Positions 26,586 through 34,792 of a DNA stretch of 64,000 nt are shown one piece after another. The first letter of the stretch is position 1, and every line of letters starts with the position of its first letter. This DNA comes from a virus: the IMG/VR virus record IMGVR_UViG_3300028412_000004, positions 1-64,000 of that record, one strand, 5' to 3'. A model generated the notes under the pieces. The model made no database searches. It saw nothing but the letters and a program-made list of their open reading frames with translations, and was not told the origin of the DNA. Position numbers and translations under genes: made by a program.

Positions 26586-26918
26586 ATGAGCCAACGACAA
26601 TCTTCTCTCTATTCGAAATCTTATCTCGCCTCAGTTGGCGGACCTGCCACTGCCTCTGACGCTAAGAAGCGCGCCGCAGCTAGGGCTGTTACGTTGAAAA
26701 AGGAGGATAAAAAGAGCGAAAGAATCGCTAAGCAAGGGGTTAAGAAGACAGCTACCAAGAAGACAGCTACCAAGAAGACAGCTACCAAGAAGACAGCTGT
26801 TAAGAAGACAGCTGTCAAAAAGGCTCCTGTTAAGCAGGTTGATAAAGAATTAGATCCTGTGGTTAATTCTACAACTCCGGAAGCAAAAGCTCCTGAAGGA
26901 ACTGAAGACTCCGAGTAG
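26586..26918 (+). CDS. histone-H1-like basic protein
   Basis: KKTAT x3, KKTAV x2, KKAPV repeats. Confidence 0.75.
   Translation: MSQRQSSLYSKSYLASVGGPATASDAKKRAAARAVTLKKEDKKSERIAKQGVKKTATKKTATKKTATKKTAVKKTAVKKAPVKQVDKELDPVVNSTTPEAKAPEGTEDSE
26742..26831 (+). repeat. 15-nt tandem repeat AAGAAGACAGCTACC (5-6 units)
   Basis: Seen directly; encodes KKTA(T/V). Confidence 0.95.
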
Positions 26919-26950
26919 TCAGACATTAACCTAGGATTATAGGCAATCTA

Positions 26951-26988
26951 AGCCGGCCATTACAAAGGCGTAGTGGCCGGCTTTTTTG
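26951..26988 (+). terminator. intrinsic terminator
   Basis: AGCCGGCCATTA/TAGTGGCCGGCT stem followed by T run. Confidence 0.85.
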
Positions 26989-27025
26989 TTGCGCTGAAAC
27001 AGAGGGTAGTTGATTTTAATGTGCG

Positions 27026-27292
27026 ATGAGTGAAAGTAGCAGTAGATTATACGTCGGGAACCTCTCGTTTTCCGCAGATAAGAAAGACCTAAGAGCGTTG
27101 TTCGCTCTAGCTGGTCAGGTTGTCGATGTATACACGCCTTTTAAAGAAGGACAGAAGTTCCAACAAAACAGAGGTTATGGTTTCGTAGAGATGGGAACTG
27201 TTGCTGAGGCGGAACGTGCTGTAGCTATGTTAGATGGTGAAGGACGCATTCGCGGACGCGTCATCCAAGTGAAAAAAGCAGATATCAGGTAA
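27026..27292 (+). CDS. RRM RNA-binding protein
   Basis: RNP2 LYVGNL, RNP1 RGYGFVEM. Confidence 0.93.
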   Translation: MSESSSRLYVGNLSFSADKKDLRALFALAGQVVDVYTPFKEGQKFQQNRGYGFVEMGTVAEAERAVAMLDGEGRIRGRVIQVKKADIR

Positions 27293-27297
27293 AGACT

Positions 27298-27825
27298 ATG
27301 AGTAAAGAAAGAGACCAAGAAGAATTAGATAATTTTAACGCAGAACAGCAAGGCCCTGTAGAAGGGCTGAGCGTTAAGCACTTTGACGATGTACAGGATA
27401 AAGAGCAGCTGACCAGCAGGGGTAGTAAAAACATGACACCCTTCGAGGTGCAGCTGCCAGTTCAGTTTACTGCGGAGGACCCGCGAGTGTATTTCGTAGC
27501 CTATTATATACGCGCCCCTAGCCCGAACGCCGCGGCGCTAGTCGCAGGTCGTTGCTTTCTCCGCTGGGAGAAGGTAGATAAAGGTCTAGAGTTCCACAAG
27601 TTCCCCGACATCTTAGATACGGTAGAAGGTAGCTGCACAGTCCTAGATGACGGTGACTGGAGTATCGCGTGGGATAAAGCGCAACGCTTTCCCCACAAAT
27701 CGATCGGTCCTAAAGACAACCCAAGTATTTTCGTGTTCTGGCCTGAAGGTTATGGTCAAGCACCCGCAAACCCGGGGATTGTAGTCCCCTCAACTGAAGA
27801 AATAAAAAACCTAGGAAAGAAATAA
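27298..27825 (+). CDS. hypothetical protein
   Basis: 175-aa ORF. Confidence 0.65.
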   Translation: MSKERDQEELDNFNAEQQGPVEGLSVKHFDDVQDKEQLTSRGSKNMTPFEVQLPVQFTAEDPRVYFVAYYIRAPSPNAAALVAGRCFLRWEKVDKGLEFHKFPDILDTVEGSCTVLDDGDWSIAWDKAQRFPHKSIGPKDNPSIFVFWPEGYGQAPANPGIVVPSTEEIKNLGKK

Positions 27826-27829
27826 TAAT

Positions 27830-28186
27830 ATGAGTGAAGAACAATCAGAACAAAATCAATATTCTCTAGAACAGCTTCAACACGCTATGTCGCGGAGCGC
27901 AAGTGAATTGATTCAGATGTCTTTCGCGGTGGCCGCCTCCGCGCAGAAAGGCTTTACGCACACTGCCGGTGTCGTATACCATAAGGAGGGGGAGCCTGAA
28001 AAAGGTACAGCTGTGTTATTACTGAACGCAGTCGGACCTGCTGTCGCGGACTTGGTTAAAGTCTTACGGGATGCAGGTGTAGAGGTGAAATTCGAAAGCT
28101 CCGTCTTGAAAGAAGTAACAAATACTTCGACTGAGTCGGAGCAGAAAGAGGAATCTTCCGAAAGTGAAGAAGAGCCAGCAACTTAA
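27830..28186 (+). CDS. hypothetical protein
   Basis: 118 aa, acidic tail. Confidence 0.6.
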   Translation: MSEEQSEQNQYSLEQLQHAMSRSASELIQMSFAVAASAQKGFTHTAGVVYHKEGEPEKGTAVLLLNAVGPAVADLVKVLRDAGVEVKFESSVLKEVTNTSTESEQKEESSESEEEPAT

Positions 28187-28466
28187 GCTGTGCTGCATCA
28201 CTACACTTAGTCCAACAGAACTTAGACTGCTAGAGTTAGTGGTTCGCAACCCAGGCATCTTTTTAGGTGACCTGGGTTTTTTGTTCTGGGGAAACCGTAA
28301 GCGCGGCTACCAGGGCCGAACGATGCCCACACTGAACAGGCTAGAAGCTAACAGCCTGGTAGAGGTGACACACACGAGGTGTGTGAAAACAGACAATTTG
28401 CAAAAGCAATACAGCGCCACCGAGAAAGCTCACGAGGTGCTAAATTCAAACACTATAATTTTATGA
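28164..28466 (+). CDS. possible winged-helix protein
   Basis: LSPTELRLLELV...LNRLEANSLV...YSATEKA; start uncertain. Confidence 0.45.
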   Translation: MKKSQQLKLCCITTLSPTELRLLELVVRNPGIFLGDLGFLFWGNRKRGYQGRTMPTLNRLEANSLVEVTHTRCVKTDNLQKQYSATEKAHEVLNSNTIIL

Positions 28467-30466
28467 ATGCATCAAAAAGAATTAAGGAGCTGGAAGAGCT
28501 TCTAACAGAGGCGGACACCTTTTACTACAACACTGAGTCAGTCATAATGGAAGACTGCGCCTACGACAAACTATACGAAGAGCTTAAAGATCTGACTGGA
28601 GGGCAAAGCAACTTCTTTTCTCGGGTTGGAGCGCCTATCGGCGGATCTTCGCTGGAGGAGGTTGCGCACCGGATACCCATGGGGTCGCTACATAAGGCTA
28701 AGACAGTTGAGGAAGTGACGGCCTGGGTTTACACACAAGGGCTGGCCGGGGATGTATTATTTATGTCTTACAAGATGGACGGAGCTTCGCTTTCGCTGGA
28801 ATACTTACATGGGGAGCTTGTTCGAGCTGCAACACGCGGCGACGGTGTTAAGGGTGAAGACGTCACGGCCAACGCTCGTCGCATGCTGGGTGTTCCTGTA
28901 AAAGTGAAAGATTTTACAGGTTTCGTGCGTGGTGAGGTTATCCTTACTAAGAACATGTGGCGTGTATTAGATCCAGACCAGCTCTCTAATCCTCGTAATC
29001 TTGGTAATGGTATCATGCGTCGAAAGAGTGGAGAGAATGCCGATTGTCTTCGATTCTACGCATTCGACACTACAGAAGCGCATGACTTGCGACATATGTA
29101 TGACCGTTGGTTTGAATCCGTAGGTTTCACACCAGCGCCAGGTATGCTACTCACAGGCAACGTAGAAGAAATTGAAGCTGCAGTCTGCTCTTGCTACGAT
29201 AAGGTTAACAAAATCCGCAACTCCCTAGATTTCGAGATTGACGGTCTTGTGATTGAGGTAAACGACATCGACAAGTTGAGAGAGTTGGGCGTAGCCCGTA
29301 ACTGCCCCCGCGGTATGATTGCTCTTAAGTTCGAAGCCCTCAGCGCTACAACCAAGCTCGTTGATGTTGAAGTGACCGTCGGACACACCGGTGCGATCAT
29401 TCCCACGGCCGTACTCTCCCCTGTTAAATTAGGCGGTGTGACCATCCGACGTGCGAGTCTGTGTAACTGGGAAGAGGTGAAACGTCTCGGAATAAAGAAG
29501 GGTGACAGCGTACTCGTTACTCGACGCAACGACGTCATACCAAAGATCGAGCGTGTCACCAGCAGCCCGGAAGGTGCGGAGCCTATTGAGGAGCCTACCC
29601 ACTGTCCTTGTGCTATGAAGTTTGCCGTCCTACGCAGGCCAAGCCTAGACGGGACGACGCAGGGTGCTATAACATACTGCTCTGGAGGCGCAGCTTGCGG
29701 TTTCCAGAAGCTTGGTAAAATCAAGCGCTGGGTAAGCTCCCTAGACATCAAGGGGCTGGGCGACGTTTATATTGCGGCGCTATACGCCACGCTCACAGCT
29801 GGTATCAGTTCGGAAGCTGGACTGCCGGAAGGTTACAAGCGTATGGTCGAGGACCCGTCCGATTTGTATGGGTTGCAGGCGGGCGGGTTGTCTAAGTTGG
29901 TAAATGCAGAAGGAACTGTAATAGGTACGAAGCAACTACTTAACATCTACGCAGAGTTGGACAAGACTCGTGAACTGACCGTCGCAGAGTTCCTGGGGTC
30001 GCTCGGTATCGATGGACTTGGAAAACGCCGAGTAGAGCAGATCATAGATGCTTCGAATGGATACCTGAACGACGTGGACAACTGGTTTGACTTCGCATAT
30101 TTTGAGCGAAACTGCGCAGAGCTGGGTATCCCTAATATGCACGAACGTATTACGAATGGTATTGTGGAGAACTCAGACCTGATGTCCAGGTTACGGGAGC
30201 ACATCGATGTTACAGAATCGGAGTCGGCCTACGAGACGGAAGATGCTGCATCGTTCTGCTTCACTGGGGCACTCCCGAATCCCCGGGATCATTATCGTGC
30301 GCTTTTGGAGGCAGCAGGGCATGTGTTTGTAGCCAGTTACAAGAAAGGTATTAATTACCTCGTTGCGGCAAATCCTGACAGCGGGAGTTCTAAACTCAAG
30401 AAGGCTAGGAAGGATGGCGTAGAGGTTATCAGTGTTGATATGTTCGAGAAAATTATAAATGGATAA
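28463..30466 (+). CDS. ligA: NAD-dependent DNA ligase
   Basis: KMDG adenylation motif, VRGEV, NPRN, IDGLV, Zn finger, HhH motifs, C-terminal BRCT; start moved to ATG 28463. Confidence 0.97.
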   Translation: MNASKRIKELEELLTEADTFYYNTESVIMEDCAYDKLYEELKDLTGGQSNFFSRVGAPIGGSSLEEVAHRIPMGSLHKAKTVEEVTAWVYTQGLAGDVLFMSYKMDGASLSLEYLHGELVRAATRGDGVKGEDVTANARRMLGVPVKVKDFTGFVRGEVILTKNMWRVLDPDQLSNPRNLGNGIMRRKSGENADCLRFYAFDTTEAHDLRHMYDRWFESVGFTPAPGMLLTGNVEEIEAAVCSCYDKVNKIRNSLDFEIDGLVIEVNDIDKLRELGVARNCPRGMIALKFEALSATTKLVDVEVTVGHTGAIIPTAVLSPVKLGGVTIRRASLCNWEEVKRLGIKKGDSVLVTRRNDVIPKIERVTSSPEGAEPIEEPTHCPCAMKFAVLRRPSLDGTTQGAITYCSGGAACGFQKLGKIKRWVSSLDIKGLGDVYIAALYATLTAGISSEAGLPEGYKRMVEDPSDLYGLQAGGLSKLVNAEGTVIGTKQLLNIYAELDKTRELTVAEFLGSLGIDGLGKRRVEQIIDASNGYLNDVDNWFDFAYFERNCAELGIPNMHERITNGIVENSDLMSRLREHIDVTESESAYETEDAASFCFTGALPNPRDHYRALLEAAGHVFVASYKKGINYLVAANPDSGSSKLKKARKDGVEVISVDMFEKIING

Positions 30467-30811
30467 GATTAAACATGCAGAATTCATTGATCTGTTTTGC
30501 GGTGGCGGAGGTTCCGGTTCGGACATCGATGCCCCGTAGGTACTGTATTGAGTCGGGCACACATTGCGTTGTGTTCGCCGGTAGTACGTCTAAAAGGTAA
30601 GCACTTCCTTTTAGATATCCGGCTAAGGATGTTGGATACATCCGAGCTGGCACATGCGCAGGGATTCCCGGAGAACTACCTGTGGGCTGGTAACAATACC
30701 GCCAAAATGAAAGCGATTGGTAACAGTGTCTCGAGGTATGTTTCCCGAGCACTAACACTCGCAGCAATAAATCAACAAGAGGATATAAGAAAATGGACAG
30801 AGAAGAACTAG
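30459..30811 (+). pseudogene. internally deleted C5 DNA methyltransferase
   Basis: MDKIK...DLFCGGGG (motif I) stops at 30539; another frame gives RMLDTSELAHAQGFP...IGNSV (IX-X); motifs IV-VIII absent. Confidence 0.75.
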
Positions 30812-30987
30812 AAGAAAGATTCGGTAAAGGTAAAGTATGGGATACTAAAGAGCTTCAGGAGAAGTTCAAAGTGATTTCGTTTGCAGCCCCGTGGGCTATG
30901 GTTGAGGATAAGGAGACAGGAAATAGGGGGAGTGTTACTTTTCAACACGCCCCTCGTTTTTACTACGACTTCCAACCTAGCGACTAA
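30793..30987 (+). CDS. small conserved phage protein
   Basis: VWDTKEL...GSVTFQHAPRFY. Confidence 0.65.
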   Translation: MDREELEERFGKGKVWDTKELQEKFKVISFAAPWAMVEDKETGNRGSVTFQHAPRFYYDFQPSD

Positions 30988-31027
30988 AGGGTTGACGTAG
31001 CAGCTAGCTTGGCATTTTTTTAAAAAA

Positions 31028-31348
31028 ATGCAGCACGTTCAGAAGGTGGAAGATGAGCTTAGAAAACTTCGCTACGAACCCGGATACACTACTTGTCTCC
31101 GCGGTAATCTTTACCTGTCTCTATGCGTTACGCCATTTGAAGTACTTCCTATGTTTTTGGAGGTTTATAAAGAGCGTGGCGTATGGGAGTTTAATGTAGA
31201 CACCGAGTTGGATACTATACGGTATGCAACTCTTGGTCCACGTGTTAAGTTAATTCAGGCGTTACATTCATTCAGGGTGTTATCCGACGCTGTTACAAAG
31301 AGAGACAACTATCAAGATGAGCAGTCCTGCGAATACTCCCCAACCTAA
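31028..31348 (+). CDS. hypothetical protein
   Basis: ORF in chain. Confidence 0.5.
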   Translation: MQHVQKVEDELRKLRYEPGYTTCLRGNLYLSLCVTPFEVLPMFLEVYKERGVWEFNVDTELDTIRYATLGPRVKLIQALHSFRVLSDAVTKRDNYQDEQSCEYSPT

Positions 31349-31598
31349 AGGCAGTGTCCATAGGGCTGTAATAAAAATAATACTCAGCGAGTGGTATGCT
31401 GAGTTCAGATCGAACGACGGCATCACACACCGACTACCTATTACGGAGTTGGATGCCTGGAACTTCGATGTAGAGAACAACCTCCCAGTAGACATCTGTT
31501 TCTACCGAGGACGCGTCCAGATACTCAAGAAAGTGGTGGGCAATAAACGATACGTATTAACGACGGAGAGTAATATATTTCTCCAACAAAACCTATGA
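31317..31598 (+). CDS. hypothetical protein
   Basis: ATGA overlap with next gene. Confidence 0.5.
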   Translation: MSSPANTPQPKGSVHRAVIKIILSEWYAEFRSNDGITHRLPITELDAWNFDVENNLPVDICFYRGRVQILKKVVGNKRYVLTTESNIFLQQNL

Positions 31599-32323
31599 GT
31601 GAACAATCAATTAAAAGAACTACCCTCTCGATGAAGCAGGGTAATGCAAAGTTAGATAAATCAATTACAATATTCTCCATACCTGCAGGTTTTACCTGCC
31701 CTGGAGCTAAACAATGTCTTACTAAGGCAGACCCAGACACAGGGAGAGCGATGCTAGGAGCGCACGCCGAATTCAAGTGCTTTGCTGCTACGGCCGAGGC
31801 TAGACCTGGTGTGCGAAAGTCACGCTGGAGTAACTTTGAGCTACTCACATCTGCTAAGACGACGCTGGGAATGGCGCGCCTTATTCAGAAGTCTATCCTC
31901 AAAGGAACGCAGAAGTTGCGGATTCACGAGTCGGGTGACTTCTTCAGCCAGCGATACTTCGACGCTTGGCTTGTTGTAGCCAGGCGTAACCCAGATATCA
32001 CATTCTACGCCTACACCAAAAGCTTGAAATTCTGGGTGAACCGCATGATCTACATCCCTAGTAACCTCCGCTTGACAGCAAGCAGAGGAGGTACGCACGA
32101 TCACCTCATCGATGATCTACAACTCCGAAGCTCTGAAGTAGTATTTCACCCGGATGATGCTAAAGGTATGGAGATCGATCACGACGACAGCCATGCATAC
32201 GGGGACAGTAAGAAATCATTCGCATTACTACTTCACGGGCAGCAGCCCAAGGATACACCCGCGGCTGCTGCCATCAAGCGGTTAAACAAAGAGAAAATAA
32301 AATATAGCTATGCCAAAACGTAA
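31595..32323 (+). CDS. Gp88-like (radical-SAM-related) protein
   Basis: GNAKL...PAGFTCPGAKQC...CFA...RIHESGDF...YAYTK. Confidence 0.75.
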   Translation: MSEQSIKRTTLSMKQGNAKLDKSITIFSIPAGFTCPGAKQCLTKADPDTGRAMLGAHAEFKCFAATAEARPGVRKSRWSNFELLTSAKTTLGMARLIQKSILKGTQKLRIHESGDFFSQRYFDAWLVVARRNPDITFYAYTKSLKFWVNRMIYIPSNLRLTASRGGTHDHLIDDLQLRSSEVVFHPDDAKGMEIDHDDSHAYGDSKKSFALLLHGQQPKDTPAAAAIKRLNKEKIKYSYAKT

Positions 32324-32576
32324 ATCTACAAAAAAAGAAGATGAGTTCACAGTACCTAAGCCTGACTCGGCTGAGGCAGGTCGCTTCCTGAACTCCATTA
32401 ACCACAAGAACGCGCACCGGGTTAACCGGGAAATTGTTTGGCTTAAGGATTTTGACATGTATGAGGTTCAATTCGCAGGTCCTCAGCTCTCTGCGATAAT
32501 GGACACCTTCACGTTCAAACATAAGGAGTCGGCGCAGAAATGCATCGATCACGCGAGTAGATTAAAGCCTGCATGA
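32310..32576 (+). CDS. hypothetical protein
   Basis: Overlap-coupled ORF. Confidence 0.55.
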   Translation: MPKRKSTKKEDEFTVPKPDSAEAGRFLNSINHKNAHRVNREIVWLKDFDMYEVQFAGPQLSAIMDTFTFKHKESAQKCIDHASRLKPA

Positions 32577-32821
32577 CACCAGCCGTACGCAGGATGATAT
32601 ACGATAAGGCCGTTTATCGTATGCAGTTATTTCGACGGGCGCAGGCTGTGTTGCTTTGGTATTTGCTGAGCTTGATACCTATCATACACTTACTCGACCT
32701 GCATGAAGCAGATGTTCCATTATTCGGGACAGGTATTATCCTGCTGGCCGTCGCACATTACAGACGCCTCTATTGGAGGAAGGTCGCTTGCAATCACGAA
32801 ACACAAACACACCAAAACTAA
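32573..32821 (+). CDS. small membrane protein
   Basis: Two hydrophobic segments. Confidence 0.55.
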   Translation: MTPAVRRMIYDKAVYRMQLFRRAQAVLLWYLLSLIPIIHLLDLHEADVPLFGTGIILLAVAHYRRLYWRKVACNHETQTHQN

Positions 32822-32831
32822 GTAGATTAAA

Positions 32832-33125
32832 ATGGAAACAACCAAAGAAATAAAACTAAAGGAAGTGCTCGCGAATACTCTTTTCGCAACTGGCGACAAC
32901 GCAGAGGTGGACACATGGCGGAGTGACGGAGACGTCCGTAATGCTTACCGCCGGATAGCCGACGAGTTCCTGGAGAGTCTGACCGAAGCAGGTCTGCGCG
33001 TAAGTGTGAAGAACTCGAAGAAAGTCGACGAGGCCCTAGAAACCATAATCACCGTCCCGGCAGTACACGCTTACACCTTAGATGAGTTGGGATTAAAGAA
33101 GTCGCCTTCATCAATACTGGAATAA
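32832..33125 (+). CDS. hypothetical protein
   Basis: 97-aa ORF. Confidence 0.6.
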   Translation: METTKEIKLKEVLANTLFATGDNAEVDTWRSDGDVRNAYRRIADEFLESLTEAGLRVSVKNSKKVDEALETIITVPAVHAYTLDELGLKKSPSSILE

Positions 33126-33210
33126 GCCCTACCGCAGACCTCATATAGGCGGGTGCAAAAATACCCGTTGTTGCGTTATATAGAAATAGGAGAACCGCCA
33201 CATCTCCATC

Positions 33211-33247
33211 AAGCGCCCAGCGAATTAGACAATCGTTGGGCGCTTTC
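33211..33247 (+). terminator. 13-bp hairpin, possible terminator
   Basis: AAGCGCCCAGCGA/TCGTTGGGCGCTT; weak U tract. Confidence 0.45.
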
Positions 33248-33283
33248 GTCTGTGGTATGTTATAACAAGCAAGGAAGGAAAAT

Positions 33284-34204
33284 ATGGACCCCAAGAAGAA
33301 AATGAAACTAAACGGGTTAGAGAGCGCCATGAGCGCCCTCAAACCCGTTCACAGCCGCCGGCGCTCCAAGCCTGCAGGGCGAGCGGTACATAAAAAGTCC
33401 ACCAGCGTGGTGGACTTAGAGTGCACGGAAGTCCACCAGGACTTCCTGGTCGTAGTTAAGGCGGGGCTTTGCCTCGTCTTGGATGCTGCGAACAAATCCG
33501 GGGTGACGACCTCGGATCTGTACGGCAAGGTGCCGTATCACAAGTTAGCGGCGGATTACTTCCGCCAAAATTGTGACGCTACACCTTTCTCGGTTATGCG
33601 CTTTTATAAGAAAGCGCGTCGCTGGGCACTCTCCCCTCAGACCTTCCCCTTAAAACAGGGAGAGTCTAACAACTCTAAGACAAAAGTCTTAGAGTTGCGG
33701 AGGGCTCCGACGGCCCTGTACGTCTTCCGCGGGGTAGCCCGCGCTGCCTCCAAGGCAGGCATTACTGAGACAGCCAATACACGGCTGGCGCAATACAAAA
33801 ATCTGCCTCTAGGACTTTTTCACAGCTTGTACAAGCTGGAAAATAAAATGGTCGCAGAATACGCGACCATGCGAGGTAATCCACCTGCGGAGCTGGTCAC
33901 CCCGCAGGTGATTGAAAAAGCTGAGGAGCTGGCTCCTAAAGCTGAGGAGCCAGCTCCTAAAGCTGAGTCCACAGCGCAGCTGCACTCAATCCGGGTGCAG
34001 TTAGCGGAGTATACTGACGACGGTCAGTATATTCAAAACTGGCAAGAGGAGTGGGACATCGAGGCCCCCTCCCACGCTGCGGCTTGCGCCTCAGCGCGCC
34101 AGCGCATAGAAAACAGGGATCCAGACTGGGTCCCTGTTAAGAAAGGTTCCGATTACCAACAGGTCATCGGAACCATATTGACGGACGCAGTTGCGTCCGT
34201 CTAG
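33284..34204 (+). CDS. hypothetical basic protein with 21-nt repeat linker
   Basis: 306 aa; KAEELAP/KAEEPAP/KAE repeat. Confidence 0.7.
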   Translation: MDPKKKMKLNGLESAMSALKPVHSRRRSKPAGRAVHKKSTSVVDLECTEVHQDFLVVVKAGLCLVLDAANKSGVTTSDLYGKVPYHKLAADYFRQNCDATPFSVMRFYKKARRWALSPQTFPLKQGESNNSKTKVLELRRAPTALYVFRGVARAASKAGITETANTRLAQYKNLPLGLFHSLYKLENKMVAEYATMRGNPPAELVTPQVIEKAEELAPKAEEPAPKAESTAQLHSIRVQLAEYTDDGQYIQNWQEEWDIEAPSHAAACASARQRIENRDPDWVPVKKGSDYQQVIGTILTDAVASV

Positions 34205-34213
34205 GTTCATTTT

Positions 34214-34250
34214 CACCGCGGGGGACTGGAGACAGTCCCCCGCGGTGTTT
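34214..34250 (+). terminator. perfect 15-bp hairpin with GAGA loop; terminator at module boundary
   Basis: CACCGCGGGGGACTG-GAGA-CAGTCCCCCGCGGTG-TTT. Confidence 0.8.
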
Positions 34251-34286
34251 GAATTTTACCTATCAGCTGAGAATTGACTTATCGAG

Positions 34287-34745
34287 TTGAGTCGCTTCAA
34301 TACCTTTATGTATTACATTGAGGAAGCCAGGTTTGTTAAGTCCGCAGGGAGCTCATCCAGCTACACACTGGATCCGCAGAAGCTGCAAGAATGTGAAGGT
34401 ATCATGGATCAGATCTACCAGGAAAATCCTAACTACTGGCCCTACGGGCTGAGCCCCTCCCACATGGATGGAGGTCTCTACATGGTAAGACAGGCATCCG
34501 ACAACTCCCCGGTCGGGTTCGTAGGTTGGCAGGAGCGTAAGCGTGGGCATGAGAAGATCGGATACTACTCGGTTGGTATCCTGCCACAACACCGTAAGAT
34601 GGGTTTCGCTAAAGAGGCGGTTCGGCGTCTCATAGCTAAGAAAGCATCCGGGGTGGATCGTGTGGTGGCTATGATTCTGAAAGGAAACGAAAAAAGCGAA
34701 GGGCTTGCGCGTAATCTAGGGGTTGCGGTGGAGAGCGTCGGATAG
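34287..34745 (+). CDS. GNAT-family acetyltransferase
   Basis: VGFVGW...YSVGILPQHRKMGFAKEAV (acetyl-CoA loop), NEKSEGL. Confidence 0.8.
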   Translation: MSRFNTFMYYIEEARFVKSAGSSSSYTLDPQKLQECEGIMDQIYQENPNYWPYGLSPSHMDGGLYMVRQASDNSPVGFVGWQERKRGHEKIGYYSVGILPQHRKMGFAKEAVRRLIAKKASGVDRVVAMILKGNEKSEGLARNLGVAVESVG

Positions 34746-34792
34746 TGTTCCTGCGTTGACACTTACTAAACAGAGCGACAATTTACTATAAT

